Shown here piece after piece: positions 1 to 15,002 of a stretch of DNA of 64,000 bases. The first letter of the stretch is position 1. Each line of letters starts with the position of its first letter. Source of the stretch: Escherichia coli. GTDB taxonomy: Bacteria > Pseudomonadota > Gammaproteobacteria > Enterobacterales > Enterobacteriaceae. Position numbers and translations under genes: made by a program. The stretch is taken from NCBI RefSeq assembly GCF_016026235.1, contig NZ_CP065613.1, one strand, 5' to 3'. The notes under the pieces are model-generated. The model had not been told where the DNA came from and made no database searches. It worked only from the letters and a program-made list of their open reading frames with translations.

Positions 1-4624
<4,624 letters not shown>

Positions 4625-4631
<7 letters not shown>

Positions 4632-5236
4632 CAGAACAACAACATCGCGAACTGGACTGGGAAAAAACCGACGGTCTGATGCCGGTGATTGTGCAACACG
4701 CGGTATCCGGCGAAGTGCTAATGCTGGGCTACATGACCCCGGAAGCCTTAGACAAAACCATCGAAAGCGGTAAAGTCACCTTCTTCTCGCGCACTAAACA
4801 GCGACTGTGGACCAAAGGCGAAACGTCTGGCAATTTCCTCAATGTGGTGAGTATTGCCCCGGACTGCGACAACGACACGTTACTGGTGCTGGCGAATCCC
4901 ATCGGGCCAACCTGCCACAAAGGCACCAGCAGCTGCTTCGGCGACACCGCTCACCAGTGGCTGTTCCTGTATCAACTGGAACAACTACTCGCCGAACGTA
5001 AATCTGCCGATCCGGAAACCTCCTACACCGCCAAACTGTATGCCAGCGGCACCAAACGCATTGCGCAGAAAGTGGGCGAAGAAGGCGTGGAAACCGCACT
5101 TGCAGCAACGGTACATGACCGCTTTGAACTGACCAACGAGGCGTCTGATTTGATGTATCACCTGCTGGTGTTATTGCAGGATCAGGATCTGGATTTAACG
5201 ACGGTAATTGAGAACCTGCGTAAACGGCATCAGTGA
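4625..5236 (+). CDS. hisI: Bifunctional phosphoribosyl-AMP cyclohydrolase / phosphoribosyl-ATP pyrophosphatase
   Basis: 203 aa; last gene of his operon, overlaps hisF end. Confidence 0.95.
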
Positions 5237-5289
5237 GTTGCAGGCTGAGCAGGTGTGATGTTGTTGTCACACCCGGAGCCATTGCCCGA

Positions 5290-5364
5290 TGCGCAAGCTT
5301 ATCGTGCCTACACATTATCTCAACACACGTAGGCCGGATAAGATGCGCCAGCATCGCATCCGGC
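5290..5364. repeat. REP-like palindromic element downstream of hisI
   Basis: gcctac...gtaggccggataagatgcgcc...gcatccggc palindromic units typical of enterobacterial REP sequences. Confidence 0.6.
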
Positions 5365-5370
5365 AAAAAA

Positions 5371-5406
5371 AACGGGCATGGTGTCACCACCCTGCCCGTT
5401 TCTCTT
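5371..5406. terminator. Bidirectional rho-independent terminator between hisI and wzzB
   Basis: Stem cgggca (5373-5378) / tgcccg (5393-5398), preceded by an A-run and followed by ttctctt; sits between convergent genes. Confidence 0.7.
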
Positions 5407-5421
5407 AAATGCACAATAATA

Positions 5422-6402
5422 TTATTTCGCGTTGTAATTACGCAGCGCGTTACGACCAAGCACAATCCCCGCGCCAACCATGCCGCCCAGCAGCACAGCC
5501 AGAATCAAGGTAATTGCTTTCTTCGGGCTATCACGACGAATAGGTAACGTCGGTTTCATCACATAGCGGTAAGCATGAATATCAAGATCACCAACTTTTA
5601 AGCTTTCGATATCCAGCAGGTTTTGACGTGTCTGATAGTAGTTTGGTGAGAACACCAACGGACGGGTCGCCTCGTGCTTAATCATCGACTCCAGCGCTTC
5701 GCTCCCCAAAAGGAACAACGTATCTTGTGTGATATCTTCGCCAGTCTGTTGAATCTGCGGTTTTGTCACCTGCGCCTGATTCGCATACTGCAACGCTTCC
5801 TGAATCTGACGGATACGCAGATCTTTCTGCTCCTGCGCAACCACTTCCTGAGTTCTCAAAGAATCCTGCAAGTTTTTCATACGCAGCGCGATGTTGTCTT
5901 TCAGGTCTTTTTCCAGCTCTACATTTACCTGGTCGTCAACTTGCTGGATATACTTCGCCAGCTGTTTCTGCGCACCTTCAGGTGTTTTACCAACATAAGA
6001 CACCGCTAAAGGTAATGACTGATTTTTAACGGTAGGCTCAATGGTCAGCTTTTCTGCTTCTTCCTGGTTATCCAGCGTTTCCGCTAATGCTGAAAATGCA
6101 GTGCTGTAACGTCCGATAAGTGAAGCCTGAATGTCGGAGACTTTCGGTACTGCCGGACCGTAAATCACATTCATCGCGTTGGTATAACCAGCGATTTGCC
6201 CCACATCAGGTTGAGTAACGATAGCTGTTGAAGTCCACTTTTCTTTGGCAACGGCCAGATACCCTATAGCCAAGGCAATAGCCACAATGACAGAAATGAT
6301 GATAGTCATCTTGCCACGCCATAGTTGGACCAGTAAATCAATCAAATCAATCTGTTCCGGGTCATGGTTTTGCCCAGAAACATTATTATTTTCTACTCTC
6401 AT
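5422..6402 (-). CDS. wzzB: O-antigen chain-length determinant (polysaccharide co-polymerase)
   Basis: ORF 5422-6459; start placed at internal MRVENNNVSGQNH as recalled for WzzB; two TM segments flanking a coiled-coil periplasmic region. Confidence 0.9.
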   Translation of the reverse strand: MRVENNNVSGQNHDPEQIDLIDLLVQLWRGKMTIIISVIVAIALAIGYLAVAKEKWTSTAIVTQPDVGQIAGYTNAMNVIYGPAVPKVSDIQASLIGRYSTAFSALAETLDNQEEAEKLTIEPTVKNQSLPLAVSYVGKTPEGAQKQLAKYIQQVDDQVNVELEKDLKDNIALRMKNLQDSLRTQEVVAQEQKDLRIRQIQEALQYANQAQVTKPQIQQTGEDITQDTLFLLGSEALESMIKHEATRPLVFSPNYYQTRQNLLDIESLKVGDLDIHAYRYVMKPTLPIRRDSPKKAITLILAVLLGGMVGAGIVLGRNALRNYNAK

Positions 6403-6548
6403 CATTACCCTAACGGACGAAATAATTTTAAGTCGCCATAGTTTAGCGATAATCGCCATAAATGCTATAGGATAAATGATAAAAACAATGAATTATCACA
6501 AAGAAAACAAAAGACAATCAGGGCAAAAATCGCCCTGATTACAAGATG

Positions 6549-6656
<108 letters not shown>

Positions 6657-6827
6657 CTAATAGTCAATTTAGAACAGCTTTGATTGTAAAACGAGCACGT
6701 TACCAGAAAAAACAGCTAAGTTTAGAACTGATACCGATTATCTTTTTTTCTTGTCTAACGGTATGATTTAACTTTCAGTTATGCCAGATGAAGATTGGCT
6801 ATATTCTAGCCTGAGCGAGGATTATAA

Positions 6828-7832
6828 ATGAAATTTCTGGTTACGGGAGCTGCTGGCTTTATCGGTTTCTATATAAGTAAACGGCTTCTTGCAGCTGGTC
6901 ATCAGGTTGTAGGCATTGACAACTTAAATGATTATTACGATGTCAACCTCAAACAAACACGACTTGATTTACTCAAGCACGACAATTTCAGTTTTTATAA
7001 AATTGACCTGGCCGATCGCGAGAAAATGGCGGTACTGTTTGCAGACGAGCGGTTCGATCGCGTAATAAACCTCGCTGCGCAAGCCGGTGTACGTTACTCC
7101 CTTGAAAATCCCAATGCATATGCAGATGCAAACCTGATTGGATTCCTGAACGTACTGGAAGGATGTCGCCATAATAATGTTCAGCATCTACTCTACGCTT
7201 CCTCCAGTTCTGTTTATGGCATGAACCGCAAGATGCCTTTCTCTACAGATGACTCTGTAGATCATCCTGTTTCGCTTTATGCAGCAACTAAAAAAGCGAA
7301 TGAACTCATGGCCCATACCTATTCTCATTTGTATGGCTTACCGACCACAGGGCTGCGTTTCTTTACGGTTTATGGTCCATGGGGACGTCCGGATATGGCA
7401 CTATTTAAATTCACTAAAGCCATGCTGGAAGGTAAAAGCATTGATGTTTACAACTTCGGCAAAATGAAGCGTGATTTTACTTATATTGATGATATTGCCG
7501 AAACTATTATTCGCTTACAGGATGTTATTCCAGAAAAAGATCCACAGTGGGCTGTAGAAACAGGCTCGCCTGCAACAAGTTCAGCACCATATCGTGTCTA
7601 TAACATTGGTAATAGTTCGCCTGTAGAGTTGATGGACTATATCAATGCGTTAGAAGAGGCTCTGGGTATTGAAGCCAACAAAAATATGATGCCTCTCCAA
7701 CCCGGTGATGTACTGGAAACCAGTGCTGATACAAAAGCACTGTATGACGTAATAGGATTCAAACCCGAAACGTCAGTTAAAGAGGGGGTAAAGAACTTTG
7801 TAGAATGGTATCGTAACTTCTATAAAGTTTGA
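6828..7832 (+). CDS. gla: UDP-glucuronate 4-epimerase (NAD-dependent SDR)
   Basis: 334 aa; GAAGFIG Rossmann motif, YAATKKANE catalytic YxxxK; close resemblance to Gla/LpsL-type UDP-GlcA 4-epimerases as recalled. Confidence 0.85.
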   Translation: MKFLVTGAAGFIGFYISKRLLAAGHQVVGIDNLNDYYDVNLKQTRLDLLKHDNFSFYKIDLADREKMAVLFADERFDRVINLAAQAGVRYSLENPNAYADANLIGFLNVLEGCRHNNVQHLLYASSSSVYGMNRKMPFSTDDSVDHPVSLYAATKKANELMAHTYSHLYGLPTTGLRFFTVYGPWGRPDMALFKFTKAMLEGKSIDVYNFGKMKRDFTYIDDIAETIIRLQDVIPEKDPQWAVETGSPATSSAPYRVYNIGNSSPVELMDYINALEEALGIEANKNMMPLQPGDVLETSADTKALYDVIGFKPETSVKEGVKNFVEWYRNFYKV

Positions 7833-7848
7833 TTTTACAAAACCATAA

Positions 7849-7880
7849 GAAAAGGCCCTAATTTATTAGGGCCTTTTCTT
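7849..7880. terminator. Bidirectional terminator between convergent gla and ugd
   Basis: Perfect hairpin aaaaggccctaa / ttagggcctttt with A-run on one side and T-run on the other. Confidence 0.75.
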
Positions 7881-7897
7881 AGAATGAAACAAAATAA

Positions 7898-9064
7898 TTA
7901 ATCATTGCCAAACAAGTCGCGAGTATAAACTTTATCTGCTACATCAGCCAGATCGGCAGACATACGGTTAGAAATAATAACATCAGCTTCTTGTTTGAAT
8001 GCATCCAAATCACGTACCACGCGCGACCGGAAAAAATCGTCCTCTTTCATCGCTGGCTCATAAACGATTACAGGAACGCCTTTCGCCTTGATTCGCTTCA
8101 TAATACCCTGAATCGAGGAAGCACGAAAATTGTCTGAACCACTCTTCATAATCAAACGATAGACGCCAACAACTTTCGGTTTACGTGCAAGGATAGAATC
8201 GGCAATAAAGTCTTTTCGCGTGCGGTTGGCATCAACAATTGCCGAAATCAGATTATTCGGCACAGATTGATAGTTTGCCAGTAACTGCTTGGTATCTTTC
8301 GGCAGACAATAACCTCCATAACCAAATGACGGATTGTTGTAGTGATTACCGATACGCGGATCAAAGCAAACCCCCTCAATAATCTGGCGGGAATTAAGCC
8401 CCAGACTTTCAGCATAACTATCTAGTTCATTGAAATAAGCTACACGCATCGCCAGATAGGTGTTGGCAAAAAGTTTAATCGCCTCAGCTTCCGTTGAGTC
8501 AGTAAACAACGTTGGAATATCTTGCTTAATAGCACCTTCTTGTAATAATGCTGCAAAACGTTCAGCGCGTTCAGACTGCTCACCAATCACAATGCGTGAT
8601 GGATGCAAGTTATCATAAAGTGCTTTCCCTTCGCGTAAAAACTCCGGCGAAAAGATCACATTTTCAATACCAAATCGTTCTTTAATGGACTCTGTAAAAC
8701 CAACAGGGATAGTTGATTTTATAATCATTACAGCGTTGGGATTAATTTCTGTCACATCACGGATGACCGCTTCCACGCTTGAGGTATTAAAATAATTTGT
8801 TTTTGGGTCATAATCGGTAGGCGTGGCAATAATAACGTAATCGGCATTTTTATACGCGTCATACTTATCTGTCGTAGCGCGGAAATTGAGCTCTTTAGTC
8901 GCCAGATACTCTTCAATCTCCTTATCAACAATCGGTGACAGCTTCTTGTTAAGCATGTCCACTTTGGCCTGAACGATATCCAATGCCACCACTTCGTGAT
9001 TTTGCGCAATCAGAATACCATTTGAAAGACCAACATAACCTGTACCTGAAATTGTTATTTTCAT
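7898..9064 (-). CDS. ugd: UDP-glucose 6-dehydrogenase
   Basis: ORF 7898-9091; start placed at [16 protein letters not shown] (NAD-binding GxGxxG); 388 aa from that start. Confidence 0.93.
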   Translation of the reverse strand: MKITISGTGYVGLSNGILIAQNHEVVALDIVQAKVDMLNKKLSPIVDKEIEEYLATKELNFRATTDKYDAYKNADYVIIATPTDYDPKTNYFNTSSVEAVIRDVTEINPNAVMIIKSTIPVGFTESIKERFGIENVIFSPEFLREGKALYDNLHPSRIVIGEQSERAERFAALLQEGAIKQDIPTLFTDSTEAEAIKLFANTYLAMRVAYFNELDSYAESLGLNSRQIIEGVCFDPRIGNHYNNPSFGYGGYCLPKDTKQLLANYQSVPNNLISAIVDANRTRKDFIADSILARKPKVVGVYRLIMKSGSDNFRASSIQGIMKRIKAKGVPVIVYEPAMKEDDFFRSRVVRDLDAFKQEADVIISNRMSADLADVADKVYTRDLFGND

Positions 9065-9267
9065 TAGCTCTGACTTCTTCCGATTAAACATTTAGAGTGG
9101 TCATTAATCCACCACCATAACTTCATCTACTGCGGGATTTTTAACGCTGATGTAGATGAACAGTCAAGGCAGCGATCCTGCTGTGCGGCTCTGTATTATA
9201 TCTCTTTTTTAACCCAAAATTATAAAAAAAGTCCATAACCTGCCGCTTTGTATAATAAAAAAGCCCG

Positions 9268-9279
9268 GAGGATTTCTCC
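9268..9279. repeat. Target-site duplication (left) of the IS element: GAGGATTTCTCC
   Basis: Identical 12-mer directly abuts both ends of the element (also at 10572-10583). Confidence 0.75.
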
Positions 9280-10571
9280 TGAGGGATCCCCAGAAAATTT
9301 AGTAAACCATTATCATATTGGTATACCGTTGCTGTAGAACTTTCAGCCCTGCGTCAAGTGACAGTGTGTTTAGTATGAGTGGAGAATGTCGAATCACATT
9401 CTCCGCCAGTTTTAATAACGAGATGACTCGCCTGTGCTTCACTGTATTTGCCTGATATTTATGATGTATCCCTTTGTTTTCCAGGCTGAAACCGCTTAAC
9501 CACATAATGATACTGGCTAATGTTGCGATCAGACTCAATACCGTGACCCGCCCGGATGAATGACTGGCACCAAACCGTAGTCCAAATCCCCAGCGAGGAT
9601 TTTTTTCATCCCTGAAATTTTGCTCAATTTGCATTCTACGGCTGTATAATTTCATTACCTGTTTTGGCGAGAACTCAGTACTGTTTGTGAAAATAAACCA
9701 TGGTGATTTCCCGGCAGTACGAGCTTTAGCCGTCACCGATGGTCTGGTTGCTCTTTCCTTCGAGCGTTTAAATCTACGACCTTTAGGCTTACTTTTATAA
9801 AGATAAAAATGCCCTTCATGTTGTGCATTTTTATCTCGACCCAGCAGGCCTTCACCTAAATAAATTGCTGTCGTTGATGCTTTTGTGCCTGAGTCCGACA
9901 CCTTTTCCCAGCCATTACCAACATTGTAATAATGATTGCCCAGTACCCGGCAAATATAGGTCCAGCCACGGGAGCGGAGCTGTTGGAACCATCGCCCCTG
10001 AAAACCGGCATCTGTAATAACAATGACATCAGTCCCGGGGGAAAAGCACTCAGCAAGCGATTCCAGAAAACGCTCATGTACATCTGCATTCGCTGTCTGT
10101 GATGATGGAACGACACAACTCATCAACGGTAAAGAACGCCCGTCACATGCCAGGCTTGCCCGCAAAAGCTGAAAACGAGAGGCATGATAAGCACTCCAGT
10201 CAATGAGTATCACAACACGAGACATTCCCCGCGTAATCTTTTGGGTAATTCGCTGAAAAATGGTGGAAACCTCATTTTGCAAATGTCGATTCCCCAACAG
10301 TCGATCCACCCGCTTTATTTTGTTTTTAACTGATGCCGTACCGGTTAAATGACGCCCGATACTGGTAAGTGTGAGGGAAGCGCCATTTATTACAGCATTA
10401 GTTGCGTCAATCAGTGATTTTTGACGGTAAAGATGCAAAGGGGCCAGTATATTGTTAAGGAAATTTTGGCATAATGAACGTGCAGGCATAGTGGTGATCT
10501 CCTTGAAATTGTTAGCACAATCAATTAGATCACATCTCACTATGCCTGTCTTGTTTTCTGGGGATTCCTCA
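9280..10571 (-). mobile_element. IS4-family (IS10-like) insertion sequence, about 1.29 kb, apparently intact
   Basis: Terminal inverted repeats TGAGGGATCCCCAGAAAA (9280-9297) and TGAGGAATCCCCAGAAAA (reverse complement of 10554-10571), 17/18 match; single transposase ORF; flanked by 12-bp direct repeats. Confidence 0.85.
9299..10489 (-). CDS. DDE transposase, IS4 family (IS10-like)
   Basis: ORF 9299-10594 extends beyond the IS end, so start placed at internal MPARSL (10489) preceded by AAGGAG; motifs KIKRVDRLLGNRHL, ITDAGF, YSRRMQIEQNFRDEK, HKYQANTVKHRRV parallel the IS10 transposase as recalled. Confidence 0.85.
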   Translation of the reverse strand: MPARSLCQNFLNNILAPLHLYRQKSLIDATNAVINGASLTLTSIGRHLTGTASVKNKIKRVDRLLGNRHLQNEVSTIFQRITQKITRGMSRVVILIDWSAYHASRFQLLRASLACDGRSLPLMSCVVPSSQTANADVHERFLESLAECFSPGTDVIVITDAGFQGRWFQQLRSRGWTYICRVLGNHYYNVGNGWEKVSDSGTKASTTAIYLGEGLLGRDKNAQHEGHFYLYKSKPKGRRFKRSKERATRPSVTAKARTAGKSPWFIFTNSTEFSPKQVMKLYSRRMQIEQNFRDEKNPRWGFGLRFGASHSSGRVTVLSLIATLASIIMWLSGFSLENKGIHHKYQANTVKHRRVISLLKLAENVIRHSPLILNTLSLDAGLKVLQQRYTNMIMVY

Positions 10572-10583
10572 GAGGATTTCTCC
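10572..10583. repeat. Target-site duplication (right) of the IS element: GAGGATTTCTCC
   Basis: Identical to 9268-9279. Confidence 0.75.
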
Positions 10584-10616
10584 GGGGTTTGCATTGATTA
10601 GTTGATTTAAATCAGA

Positions 10617-12023
10617 TTAATCCAGCCATTCGGTATGGAACACACCTTCTTTATCAATGCGCTTATAAGTATGTGCACCGAAATAGTCACGCTGTGCCTG
10701 GATCAGGTTCGCAGGAAGAACAGCGGCGCGGTAGCTGTCATAATAGGCAACCGCAGCGGCGAAGGTCGGAACCGGGATACCGTTCTGTACCGCATAAGCG
10801 ACGACATCGCGCAGCGCCTGCTGGTAGTCATCGGCAATTTGCTTGAAATACGGAGCCAGCAGCAGGTTAGCGATCTGCGGATTTTCGGCATAAGCATCGG
10901 TGATTTTCTGCAGGAACTGCGCACGGATAATGCAGCCAGCACGGAAAATCTTCGCGATTTCGCCATAGTTCAGATCCCAGTTGTACTCTTCAGACGCAGC
11001 ACGCAACTGAGAGAAGCCCTGGGCGTAAGAAACGATTTTGCCCAGATACAGAGCACGACGAACTTTTTCGATGAACTCAGCCTTGTCGCCTGCTGGCTGC
11101 GCTTGCGGACCAGACAGTACTTTGGACGCGGCAACACGCTGCTCTTTCAGAGAAGAGATGTATCGTGCAAACACAGACTCGGTAATGAGCGACAGCGGTT
11201 CACCGAGATCTAGCGCGCTTTGGCTGGTCCATTTACCGGTACCTTTGTTAGCCGCTTCATCCAGAATCACATCAACCAGGTAGTTACCGTCTTCATCTTT
11301 TTTAGTGAAGATGTCTTTGGTGATGTCGATCAGGTAGCTGCTTAGTTCACCATTATTCCACTCGGTAAAGGTCTGCGCCAGTTCATCGTTGGTGAGGTTC
11401 AGGCCACCTTTAAGCAGAGAATAGGCTTCAGCAATCAGCTGCATATCTCCGTATTCAATACCGTTGTGAACCATCTTCACATAGTGACCTGCGCCATCGG
11501 CACCAATATAGGTAACACATGGCTCCCCATCTTCAGCCACTGCGGCGATTTTGGTCAGGATCGGTGCGACCAGTTCATAGGCTTCTTTCTGGCCACCAGG
11601 CATGATGGAAGGTCCTTTCAGCGCACCTTCTTCGCCACCAGAAACACCGCTACCGATAAAGTTAAAGCCTTCTGCAGACAGCTCACGGTTACGACGAATG
11701 GTGTCCAGGAAGAAAGTGTTACCACCATCAATGATGATGTCACCTTTATCGAGGTATGGCTTGAGAGAATCAATAGCAGCATCCGTGCCTGCACCTGCTT
11801 TCACCATTAACAGGATGCGACGAGGCGTTTCCAGAGATTCAACAAACTCTTTTATTGTATAGTAAGGAAATAACTTCTTATCCGAATGAGTAGCTATAAT
11901 TTTTTCTGTTTTTTCACGAGAACGGTTAAAAATTGAAACAGTATAGCCGTGACTTTCGATATTTAGTGCAAGATTACGCCCCATTACCGCCATACCGATA
12001 ACCCCAATCTGTTTTTTTGACAT
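10617..12023 (-). CDS. gnd: 6-phosphogluconate dehydrogenase (decarboxylating)
   Basis: ORF 10617-12029; start placed at [21 protein letters not shown]; ends ...GVFHTEWLD. Confidence 0.95.
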   Translation of the reverse strand: MSKKQIGVIGMAVMGRNLALNIESHGYTVSIFNRSREKTEKIIATHSDKKLFPYYTIKEFVESLETPRRILLMVKAGAGTDAAIDSLKPYLDKGDIIIDGGNTFFLDTIRRNRELSAEGFNFIGSGVSGGEEGALKGPSIMPGGQKEAYELVAPILTKIAAVAEDGEPCVTYIGADGAGHYVKMVHNGIEYGDMQLIAEAYSLLKGGLNLTNDELAQTFTEWNNGELSSYLIDITKDIFTKKDEDGNYLVDVILDEAANKGTGKWTSQSALDLGEPLSLITESVFARYISSLKEQRVAASKVLSGPQAQPAGDKAEFIEKVRRALYLGKIVSYAQGFSQLRAASEEYNWDLNYGEIAKIFRAGCIIRAQFLQKITDAYAENPQIANLLLAPYFKQIADDYQQALRDVVAYAVQNGIPVPTFAAAVAYYDSYRAAVLPANLIQAQRDYFGAHTYKRIDKEGVFHTEWLD

Positions 12024-12874
12024 TTTCACTCCTATTTAATTAGCAGAATAATAAACGTATTGAAACACATATAAAAATATGTCATATGGAAAATATTGCA
12101 TTAAGACAAACAACAGATAATTGTATATGTAATTAAACTTATATTAAATTAATTACAGAAAATACTCAAAACTAACGTTGCTCTCCACACTCTAGTTTCC
12201 AGTGTCTCAGACTAACTATTATTAATAGTCTCCGCGATATATAAGAGATTTAACTGCCATGCCTCAAATATATCTTTCAACTCACTTACATTTTATAAAT
12301 TACAATAATCGAGAGTCAAATTATCAACCTCAAAATAATTTTGACAAACAACGAGGCTGTTGGTGTTTCCAGAATACTCAAATTGGTTCTATTCGTCATA
12401 TGTACTAAAACCTTAAAGCCAATGAAATATATCTTATCACAGTCATCTAATAACCATATGATAGCCACCAATGAATTTAGAAAAAATAAAACTTAAGACT
12501 GTTCCTGACTCTGAAATTTTATACAGCACAAATAATGCAATGAACTATTCTATACTTTTAAGTAAAATAAAGACAATCTTTATCATAATACTAAGTTCAT
12601 TCGCACCAATTAACCTCAGAATTCATTTCAATGATAACTAAAGGCTTTATAAAAATAATTCTTCAGGAGAGGCACTTGGTAAACATAATTTTACTAAATA
12701 GATTGCAGATTATAATCTGATACAAAAACATTAATCACACTTCTTGTCCACACAGACCCACATTTCCCTATTCTATTGAAATTCACTTAAAACTCATCCA
12801 TGACATCATCAAATATAAAAATACATTTGCAAATCAAAAGCATTATCCAATATTTCTTTATAAGATTTGCCGAA

Positions 12875-13678
12875 TTATCTCCAAGAGGCAAAGTGGCGCT
12901 TAAAAAACAAACACAGCGGATTTATATGATGTTTGGCAACAGCATTAACAGCATAGTGGGAGAAATAATAAAGAGATTTAAACAGACCAAACTTTAAATA
13001 TTTCCTGTAAAAGGCCCATTGTGAAAATATTATTTTTAATTTATTTGACGAGAGTGTATCGGTGCCTACTCGATAATAGGCCAGTGTTTCGTTCAAACAA
13101 TATGCATAATCAATTTTATCTAAAATGCTCAGCCATAGTGCCATGTCCTGTCTTTTCCTGATTGTTGGCATAAACATTTTACCAAGAGATGAAGTATCAT
13201 ATACAGCTGTCAAGCAACCTATTACATTAGTCTTTAATAATTCAGAATAATTAACTTTAGAAACAGGATTAATTTGGGATAAAAGTTTCCCGCTAAAACT
13301 AACCTTTTGATATGAGGTATAAGTGAAAGCATAATTATTTGAAAGCATAAAGTCTATCTGTTTTTTTATTTTCTCTTTATGCCAAAAATCATCACTATCT
13401 AAAAAAGCGATAAACCGACCTTTAGCTTTACTGATCGCTATATTTCTTGACATACCAGCCCCATAATTCTTCTCATTTGAAATGAGAACAACTCTTGAAT
13501 CTTTTTTTTGATATTCCCTGCAAATAGACACTGTATTATCTGACGAACAATCATCGACAATAATCATTTCTATATTATTATATGATTGAGATAGAACAGA
13601 ATCAATTGTACATCTAATCGTTCTTTCAGAATTATATGTGGGTGTTATGACTGAAACTAAATATTTATCGGTACTCAT
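12875..13678 (-). CDS. Glycosyltransferase, family 2 (last gene of O-antigen cluster)
   Basis: 267 aa; ITPTYNSERTI ... VDDCSSD ... FLDSDD motifs typical of GT-A fold GT2 enzymes; AT-rich. Confidence 0.8.
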   Translation of the reverse strand: MSTDKYLVSVITPTYNSERTIRCTIDSVLSQSYNNIEMIIVDDCSSDNTVSICREYQKKDSRVVLISNEKNYGAGMSRNIAISKAKGRFIAFLDSDDFWHKEKIKKQIDFMLSNNYAFTYTSYQKVSFSGKLLSQINPVSKVNYSELLKTNVIGCLTAVYDTSSLGKMFMPTIRKRQDMALWLSILDKIDYAYCLNETLAYYRVGTDTLSSNKLKIIFSQWAFYRKYLKFGLFKSLYYFSHYAVNAVAKHHINPLCLFFKRHFASWR

Positions 13679-13837
13679 AGAATCATCTCAAACTTACATA
13701 AGTTTCATTATATAATGTCATGTTTATCATATCCATCCTTGGTAGCTTATTAAGAAATTTCACATATTAAATATTTATCAAGTATTTCATTAACATCCCA
13801 CCTTAATATAAAAAGCCGTTAATTAAGAGAGTAACTA

Positions 13838-13937
13838 CAAAGCAAAGCAAAGCAAAGCAAAGCAAAGCAAAGCAAAGCAAAGCAAAGCAAAGCAAAGCAA
13901 AGCAAAGCAAAGCAAAGCAAAGCAAAGCAAAGCAAAG
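13838..13937. repeat. Pentanucleotide microsatellite (GCAAA)x20 on + strand, (TTTGC)x20 in the operon direction
   Basis: Perfect tandem array visible at 13838-13937, between gne (ends 13989) and the GT2 gene (starts 13678). Confidence 0.95.
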
Positions 13938-13988
13938 ATGGTTTTATAAAAATATTGACAGTGAATAAAATAGCACATTAAAATCGTC

Positions 13989-15002
13989 TTATTTATATCC
14001 TTTGGGATTGTTTTTTTGCCAACGCCAAGAATCAATTATCATTGTATCTAAATCATATCGAGAAGACCACCCTAATTCTAAAAATGCTAGAGATGGATCA
14101 GACCAACATTCAGCTATATCACCAACTCGACGAGGTTTGAAACAATAAGGGATATCAATTCCAGTACAACGTTTAAAGGTATTTATCACATCAAGAACTG
14201 AATAACCAACCCCTGTACCAAGATTATATACTTTATAATTTCCCCCAAAATTACGGTGTTCTAAAGCAGCTATGTGCCCTTCAGCCAAATCCATAACATG
14301 AATATAATCTCTAATGCCTGTTCCATCAGGTGTAGGATAATCATTTCCGAATACTGATAAATATTTTAGATTACCAATAGCCACTTGAGTAATATAAGGA
14401 ATTAAATTATTTGGAACACCATTAGGATCTTCGCCTAATAGACCAGAAGAGTGGGCTCCTACAGGATTGAAATAACGCAAAATAGTAATACGCATTGTTG
14501 GCTCAGCCAAAGCTATATCCTTCAAAACCCTCTCTACTATAAGTTTTGAAAAGCCATATGGATTAGTTGTTCCGCCAACGCTACTATCTTCCTTCAAAGG
14601 AATAGTTTCAGGCTTACCATACACTGTTGCGGAGGAGCTAAAAATAAAACTAATAACGCCAGCGCGCATCATTTCTTCAAGTAAAACAATAGTTCCGTTA
14701 ACATTGTGATCATAATATTCCAATGGATTTGAAACAGATTCAGCGACGGCTTTTAATCCTGCAAAATGAATAACATCTGTAATATCATGATACTGGAAAA
14801 TATGTTTGAGTTTTTTCCTATCACGCACATCACCATGATAAAATAGAGGCCTACGTCCACAAATTTTTTCGACCCTTTCTAACGACTTAGACGATGAGTT
14901 CGATAGATTATCCAACACCACCACATTTTTTCCGTATGATAATAAGGATAATACAGTATGTGAACCAATGTAACCTGCACCACCAGTAACCAAAATAGTC
15001 AT
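13989..15002 (-). CDS. gne: UDP-hexose 4-epimerase, GalE family (probably UDP-GlcNAc 4-epimerase Gne)
   Basis: 337 aa; LVTGGAGYIGSH ... HFAGLKAVAESV ... YxxxK context; GalE-family SDR inside an O-antigen cluster. Substrate (UDP-Glc versus UDP-GlcNAc) cannot be decided from sequence by eye. Confidence 0.8.
   Translation of the reverse strand: MTILVTGGAGYIGSHTVLSLLSYGKNVVVLDNLSNSSSKSLERVEKICGRRPLFYHGDVRDRKKLKHIFQYHDITDVIHFAGLKAVAESVSNPLEYYDHNVNGTIVLLEEMMRAGVISFIFSSSATVYGKPETIPLKEDSSVGGTTNPYGFSKLIVERVLKDIALAEPTMRITILRYFNPVGAHSSGLLGEDPNGVPNNLIPYITQVAIGNLKYLSVFGNDYPTPDGTGIRDYIHVMDLAEGHIAALEHRNFGGNYKVYNLGTGVGYSVLDVINTFKRCTGIDIPYCFKPRRVGDIAECWSDPSLAFLELGWSSRYDLDTMIIDSWRWQKNNPKGYK

Noticed and set aside
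4839-5477. 212-aa minus-strand ORF overlapping hisI and the hisI-wzzB intergenic region
   Set aside because: Antisense to hisI and runs through REP and terminator sequence; composition-driven artefact.
9264-9297. Apparent 34-bp terminal inverted repeats for the IS element
   Set aside because: The outer 12-16 bp are actually identical in direct orientation on both sides (GAGGATTTCTCC), so they are target-site duplications; the true inverted repeats are the inner 18 bp.
9280-10571. Possibility that the insertion is IS10 itself
   Set aside because: Transposase shares motifs with IS10 but is clearly diverged, and the termini (TGAGGGATCCCCAG...) differ from the IS10 ends as recalled; called IS10-like / IS4 family only.
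12030-12874. About 850-bp AT-rich gap between gnd and the last O-antigen gene, inspected for gene remnants or small RNAs
   Set aside because: No convincing reading frame, repeats or hairpins seen by eye; most likely gnd promoter/leader and junction DNA.
13835-14035. 66-aa ORF reading through the pentanucleotide array (translation is a CFALL-type periodic repeat)
   Set aside because: Pure low-complexity translation of the (TTTGC)n microsatellite, overlapping the gne 3' end in another frame; not a plausible protein.
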